Assembly: GCA_000004985.1 (NCBI GenBank)
Contig: GG739290.1
DNA length: 2,118 bases
Reading direction: 5' to 3' (one strand)
From: Naegleria gruberi
Lineage: Eukaryota
The notes beneath the pieces were generated by a model. The model had not been told where the DNA came from, made no database searches, and worked only from the letters and a program-made list of their open reading frames with translations. The position numbers were made by a program, and so were the translations under genes. Of the stretch, positions 1-2,118 are shown one piece after another (positions within the stretch are counted from its first letter, which is position 1; the number at the start of each line of letters is the position of its first letter).

Positions 1-1
1 A

Positions 2-15
2 ACGCAGGGATGCGT
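2..15 (-). terminator. Short GC-containing hairpin, ACGCA-GGGA-TGCGT, one base after the gene's TGA stop. It is a possible transcription terminator or RNA 3' stem.
   Basis: It has a 5-bp stem and a 4-nt loop, directly 3' of the stop on the minus strand. The window ends before any T-tract could be seen. Confidence 0.2.
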
Positions 16-16
16 A

Positions 17-1177
17 TCAGAAGTGTATGAATAAATTTCTTGAGGGATTGTTCATACATTTGGAGCTGTCAATTTTAACAATATTATTCTCTTTGTCTTT
101 AGAAATGAACGTGACATGAGATACAATCTTGTACTCATTTTCATCCAATTCAAATAACTTGTTAGAATCATCACCAGTCTTACAGGATGGAAACAATTCC
201 TTAATAGTGATAAGAGGTTTTGTGAGTTGTCTAAGAATTCCAATCCTATAACAAATACATTTCAAATCAATTCTCTCAAAATCTCTGGGATGAATTTCTT
301 GTTCTTTTAGTATCTTACTTGAAATGTAAGGATCTTTCTTGACTAGTTGTCTAAAGTATCGTGGTGCTATATACAGGCGACCTGTTGGAGTTTTATAAAT
401 CAATCCTTTCAAGAAGAGATCCTTTTCTTCTCTTGTCAGTGAAACATTCAATCCACACAATAAACGTGGTAATAATTCGGATTGAACTGATGGGTCGTTG
501 AATGATTCTTGCTTAACAAGATACCCTTTAATTACTTTATCGATATTCTTTTTCAATTCTGGAAATAGAACATCAGACTGATTTTTCCATTCTTGAAATG
601 TCACCTTTGTTAAAAAGGACGCAATTCCTCTCAAAGTAAGGTTCAACACTTCAGGTATTATTAAGGCCTCAAATAGCAAAACTCCCATTCTTCGTATAGT
701 TACATTGTTGGTAATGCTCATCATATTAATCATTGTAGTTGAACATTTAAAATAACTATTACTTAAATATTCCTTTAAAATTGTACCCAATTGTGATGTG
801 CAAAGAGGTGGTAATGTTAATTCTTGATTTCCAAATTCTGTTTCATTAAATCGTATATCAGAGATGTGTTTAAGACCTGATAGAATTGGAATCAAACAAA
901 CTCTACTTAAATTTAAATTGACAATATCAATGTTCACCATATAATTTCCAATGGCATATAAAGGACGTTTCCATGGAGTAAGTGTTGAATCATCCTTAAT
1001 AGTTCCAAACATTTGGTATAGGAATTGAACCTCATCCAGAGAAATGGTCATGAGTAAAATTTCATCGTTGTTAATAAATTGTTCCAATTTTCTTGTAATG
1101 TTTTGCAATGTGAAGAAATTGGTGGTACAATAAAGAGTTTTAAAGTAAGGGTTTAGCAATTCCACTAGATAACTGAC
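17..1177 (-). CDS. Downstream fragment of the same gene, about 386 codons. This is the 382-aa track ORF plus four further in-frame codons (V S Y L) at 1166-1177. The product is an unknown C-terminal region of the NTPase-like protein, and the fragment is not an independent gene.
   Basis: The track ORF 17..1165 begins with GTG, since rc of 1163-1165 'cac' is GTG and not ATG. The frame stays open upstream of it through the target-site duplication and into the element, up to a TGA at 1313-1315. The first in-frame ATG is residue 39 (MTISLDEV). The stop TGA is at 17-19. Confidence 0.65.
   Translation of the reverse strand, partial: VSYLVELLNPYFKTLYCTTNFFTLQNITRKLEQFINNDEILLMTISLDEVQFLYQMFGTIKDDSTLTPWKRPLYAIGNYMVNIDIVNLNLSRVCLIPILSGLKHISDIRFNETEFGNQELTLPPLCTSQLGTILKEYLSNSYFKCSTTMINMMSITNNVTIRRMGVLLFEALIIPEVLNLTLRGIASFLTKVTFQEWKNQSDVLFPELKKNIDKVIKGYLVKQESFNDPSVQSELLPRLLCGLNVSLTREEKDLFLKGLIYKTPTGRLYIAPRYFRQLVKKDPYISSKILKEQEIHPRDFERIDLKCICYRIGILRQLTKPLITIKELFPSCKTGDDSNKLFELDENEYKIVSHVTFISKDKENNIVKIDSSKCMNNPSRNLFIHF
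1031..1060 (-). other. Candidate Walker B motif ILLMTISLDE, of the hhhhDE type, about 115 residues downstream of the P-loop in the reconstructed protein.
   Basis: It lies in the 382-aa ORF at residues 36-45. It is a hydrophobic run followed by D-E. The assignment rests on motif logic alone, with no alignment available. Confidence 0.3.
1169..1177. repeat. Target-site duplication, left copy, ATAACTGAC. It is 9 bp, or 8 bp if the first A matches by chance.
   Basis: It is identical to 1853-1861 and abuts the TIR. On the minus strand both copies encode V-S-Y in the same codon phase. Confidence 0.65.
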
Positions 1178-1189
1178 TAGATCGCGGGA
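1178..1189. repeat. Left terminal inverted repeat, TAGATCGCGGGA. It extends to 14 matches in 15 positions, through 1192, when one mismatch is allowed.
   Basis: I compared it directly with the reverse complement of 1841-1852. It is GC-rich (CGCGGGA) in an AT-rich context. Confidence 0.7.
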
Positions 1190-1494
1190 AGTCTTTGAAA
1201 AAATGGGCCAGAAAAATTTTTTTCCAAGTCCAAAATACCAGCCATTGGATACCAGTTCGACTTTGCCAAAATTTCTTGGTATCTGAAAATTTTTACAAGT
1301 CGGTAATCTTGCTCACAAGCAAAGATAGAACACCAATATTGACTCTATTCCTTCTCTTGAATACTCTGCGAGTAATGAGGTAACATTTCATGCAGGAAAC
1401 CAACACAAATATATTGAACAAGTCTTTTATTGTGAAAATTTGGGAACTCAACAGAATACCAACAATAATCCAATCAAGAACTGATGACCAAACT

Positions 1495-1589
1495 CCAACA
1501 ACAAGAACGGAGCCAATATTGGTAACAGCAACCATTCATGCTTGAGCCTTCCGCAAATAATAATTACTATTATTTCTTGTTGTTGTTGG
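1495..1589. repeat. Internal inverted repeat within the element. CCAACAACAAGAA (1495-1507) pairs with TTCTTGTTGTTG(TTGG) (1574-1589), which includes a (TTG)4 microsatellite at 1577-1588. The arms could form a stem-loop with a loop of about 66 nt.
   Basis: I compared the two arms by reverse complement. They are 12 to 13 bp long, with one extra TTG unit on the right arm. Confidence 0.5.
1513..1522. repeat. Perfect 10-bp palindrome CCAATATTGG near the centre of the element.
   Basis: The sequence equals its own reverse complement. It lies between the two arms of the internal inverted repeat. Confidence 0.6.
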
Positions 1590-1707
1590 TGTATTAGCGT
1601 TAGCCAAACACCATATTGTTGTTCATCAATTCTACTAAAATTAGTACTAATGATGATACTATTCCACGTTATGCAAAATAAAGCCAGTTTTCTCGATGGG
1701 TAAAACT

Positions 1708-1729
1708 ATGTAGTTTCAATGTAGTTTCA
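1708..1729. repeat. Perfect tandem duplication of the 11-mer ATGTAGTTTCA, two adjacent copies.
   Basis: 1708-1718 equals 1719-1729. This is a slippage-type or replication duplication inside the element. Confidence 0.8.
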
Positions 1730-1840
1730 CTGCATTATTATATTTGGCTGATAATATTTTTTTGAATATTTTTTAAAGTTGACACTCAACTTGTCTCAAA
1801 TTTTCTTCCAGTCCAGCGGATCGACGAATTTATATCAACC

Positions 1841-1852
1841 TCCCGCGATCTA
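1841..1852. repeat. Right terminal inverted repeat, TCCCGCGATCTA. It supplies the in-frame TAG that truncates the upstream gene fragment.
   Basis: It is the perfect reverse complement of 1178-1189. Read on the minus strand, positions 1850-1852 (+ strand 'cta') form the stop codon TAG. Confidence 0.7.
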
Positions 1853-2118
1853 ATAACTGACTGGACACCCCATTAATCTTGCTAAAATTCGTAATCCAAA
1901 CATTTTCCCTTCAGTTTCTTGTTTCGAATAACCATAGTTAACCTCATCGCTTGTTAAGGTGTTACCAGTGTCTAAGGAAAGATTACAATGTAATTTTCTA
2001 TATTTATGTTCAGAATCCATGTTCATTTTAAGAACAATGTTTCGAATTTCCTTACAAGCTCTTGACTTTCCACTACCTGTACCATTGGATAGAATTCCAT
2101 ACTCAAAATATCCTTTCT
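1850..2118 (-). CDS. Upstream (N-proximal) fragment of the interrupted gene, partial at its 5' end. The visible translation is KGYFEYGILSNGTGSGKSRACKEIRNIVLKMNMDSEHKYRKLHCNLSLDTGNTLTSDEVNYGYSKQETEGKMFGLRILARLMGCPVSY* and contains a Walker A / P-loop.
   Basis: I translated the reverse complement of 1853-2116 by hand. The frame is open from the window edge, with no start codon inside the window, so the ORF track missed it. It ends at a TAG (1850-1852) contributed by the insertion terminus. The GTGSGKS P-loop is encoded at 2063-2083. Confidence 0.6.
   Translation of the reverse strand, partial: KGYFEYGILSNGTGSGKSRACKEIRNIVLKMNMDSEHKYRKLHCNLSLDTGNTLTSDEVNYGYSKQETEGKMFGLRILARLMGCPVSY
1853..1861. 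repeat. Target-site duplication, right copy, ATAACTGAC.
   Basis: It is identical to 1169-1177 and sits immediately outside the right TIR. Confidence 0.65.
2063..2083 (-). other. Walker A / P-loop motif GTGSGKS, in the context GILSNGTGSGKS.
   Basis: This is the hand translation of the minus strand, with codons acc-tgt-acc-act-tcc-ctt-tga reverse-complemented. It fits the GxxGxGK[ST] / G-TGSGKS type seen in many nucleotide kinases and FtsK/VirB4-like ATPases. Confidence 0.55.

Larger units (their letters stand above)
1178..1852. mobile_element. A 675-bp non-autonomous DNA transposon (MITE-like or IS-derived miniature element). It has 12-bp perfect TIRs, a 9-bp target-site duplication and no transposase ORF.
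   Basis: TAGATCGCGGGA at 1178-1189 is the exact reverse complement of TCCCGCGATCTA at 1841-1852. ATAACTGAC sits immediately outside both ends. Excision restores an uninterrupted ORF across the site. Internally the element has only 62-aa and 80-aa low-complexity ORFs. Confidence 0.7.
17..2118 (-). pseudogene. Large minus-strand gene encoding a P-loop NTPase-like protein. It is interrupted by a 675-bp TIR element, its 5' end lies beyond position 2118, and its native stop TGA is at 17-19.
   Basis: Two minus-strand open frames (2116->1853 and 1177->17) are in the same phase relative to the duplicated 9-mer. Removing 1178-1852 plus one 9-mer copy gives a continuous ORF of about 471 codons: ...ILARLMGCPVSY-LVELLNPYFKTLYCTT.... 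In the present sequence a TAG at 1850-1852 lies inside the element's terminal repeat and ends the upstream part. Confidence 0.6.

Noticed and set aside
52-243. 63-aa minus-strand ORF from the track.
   Set aside because: It lies entirely inside the large ORF in another frame. It is most likely a spurious overlapping ORF in AT-rich sequence.
1163-1165. GTG start codon of the 382-aa ORF.
   Set aside because: It is an artefact of alternative-start ORF calling. The frame is open upstream and continuous with the upstream gene fragment once the insertion is removed. No convincing ribosome-binding site was assessed.
1195-1535. Two small ORFs inside the element, 62 aa on the plus strand (1195-1383) and 80 aa on the minus strand (1293-1535).
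   Set aside because: They are low-complexity and mutually overlapping. Neither resembles a transposase nor has a recognisable motif. They are too short to encode a DDE transposase, so the element is called non-autonomous.
1748-1808. TTGACA hexamer at 1780-1785 and a TGATAATAT stretch at 1750-1758, considered as an outward-reading sigma70-like promoter near the right end of the element.
   Set aside because: No acceptable -10 hexamer lies at the correct 16-18 bp spacing from TTGACA. AT-rich sequence produces such matches by chance.
1178-1852. An in-frame 'tolerated' insertion, like the Rickettsia palindromic elements that insert in-frame into proteins.
   Set aside because: The element introduces an immediate in-frame TAG at its terminus (1850-1852) and a further TGA at 1313-1315 on the coding strand, so read-through translation is not possible.
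1176-1861. The 675-bp interruption might be a spliceosomal intron or an introner-like element that restores the frame by splicing.
   Set aside because: No canonical GT...AG pair sits at equivalent points of the two 9-mer copies. The only frame-preserving pair is a weak GTTATT 5' site at 1857 with a CTAG 3' site at 1177-1178, which would add one residue and has a poor donor. The perfect TIR plus TSD architecture is the simpler explanation. If the host is a eukaryote, RNA-seq could still test for splicing.
1-2118. CRISPR arrays, tRNA or rRNA genes.
   Set aside because: There are no regularly spaced direct repeats, no cloverleaf-compatible segments and no rRNA-like conserved stretches. The only repeats present are those of the transposon.

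Overview
This 2.1-kb AT-rich window holds a single large gene on the minus strand, split in two by a 675-bp insertion (1178-1852). The insertion ends in perfect 12-bp terminal inverted repeats (TAGATCGCGGGA / TCCCGCGATCTA). A perfect 9-bp direct duplication of flanking DNA (ATAACTGAC at 1169-1177 and 1853-1861) sits immediately outside them. Deleting the insertion plus one copy of the duplication in silico fuses the partial minus-strand ORF that enters at 2118 and carries a P-loop/Walker A motif (..GILSNGTGSGKS..) in frame with the 382-aa ORF from the track: ...RLMGCPVSY|LVELLNPYFKTLY.... The apparent start of the 382-aa ORF is a GTG codon chosen by the ORF caller. The two ORFs are therefore halves of one gene, at least about 471 codons in the window with its 5' end outside, probably an NTPase, broken by a short non-autonomous transposon (MITE-like or IS-derived) that has no transposase ORF. 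A TAG inside the element's terminal repeat now ends the upstream half prematurely, and the insertion separates the Walker A motif from the best Walker B candidate. The host organism cannot be assigned from sequence alone. The ORF track uses bacterial start rules, but the sequence style would also fit an AT-rich eukaryote or a large DNA virus. I see no rRNA, tRNA or CRISPR.
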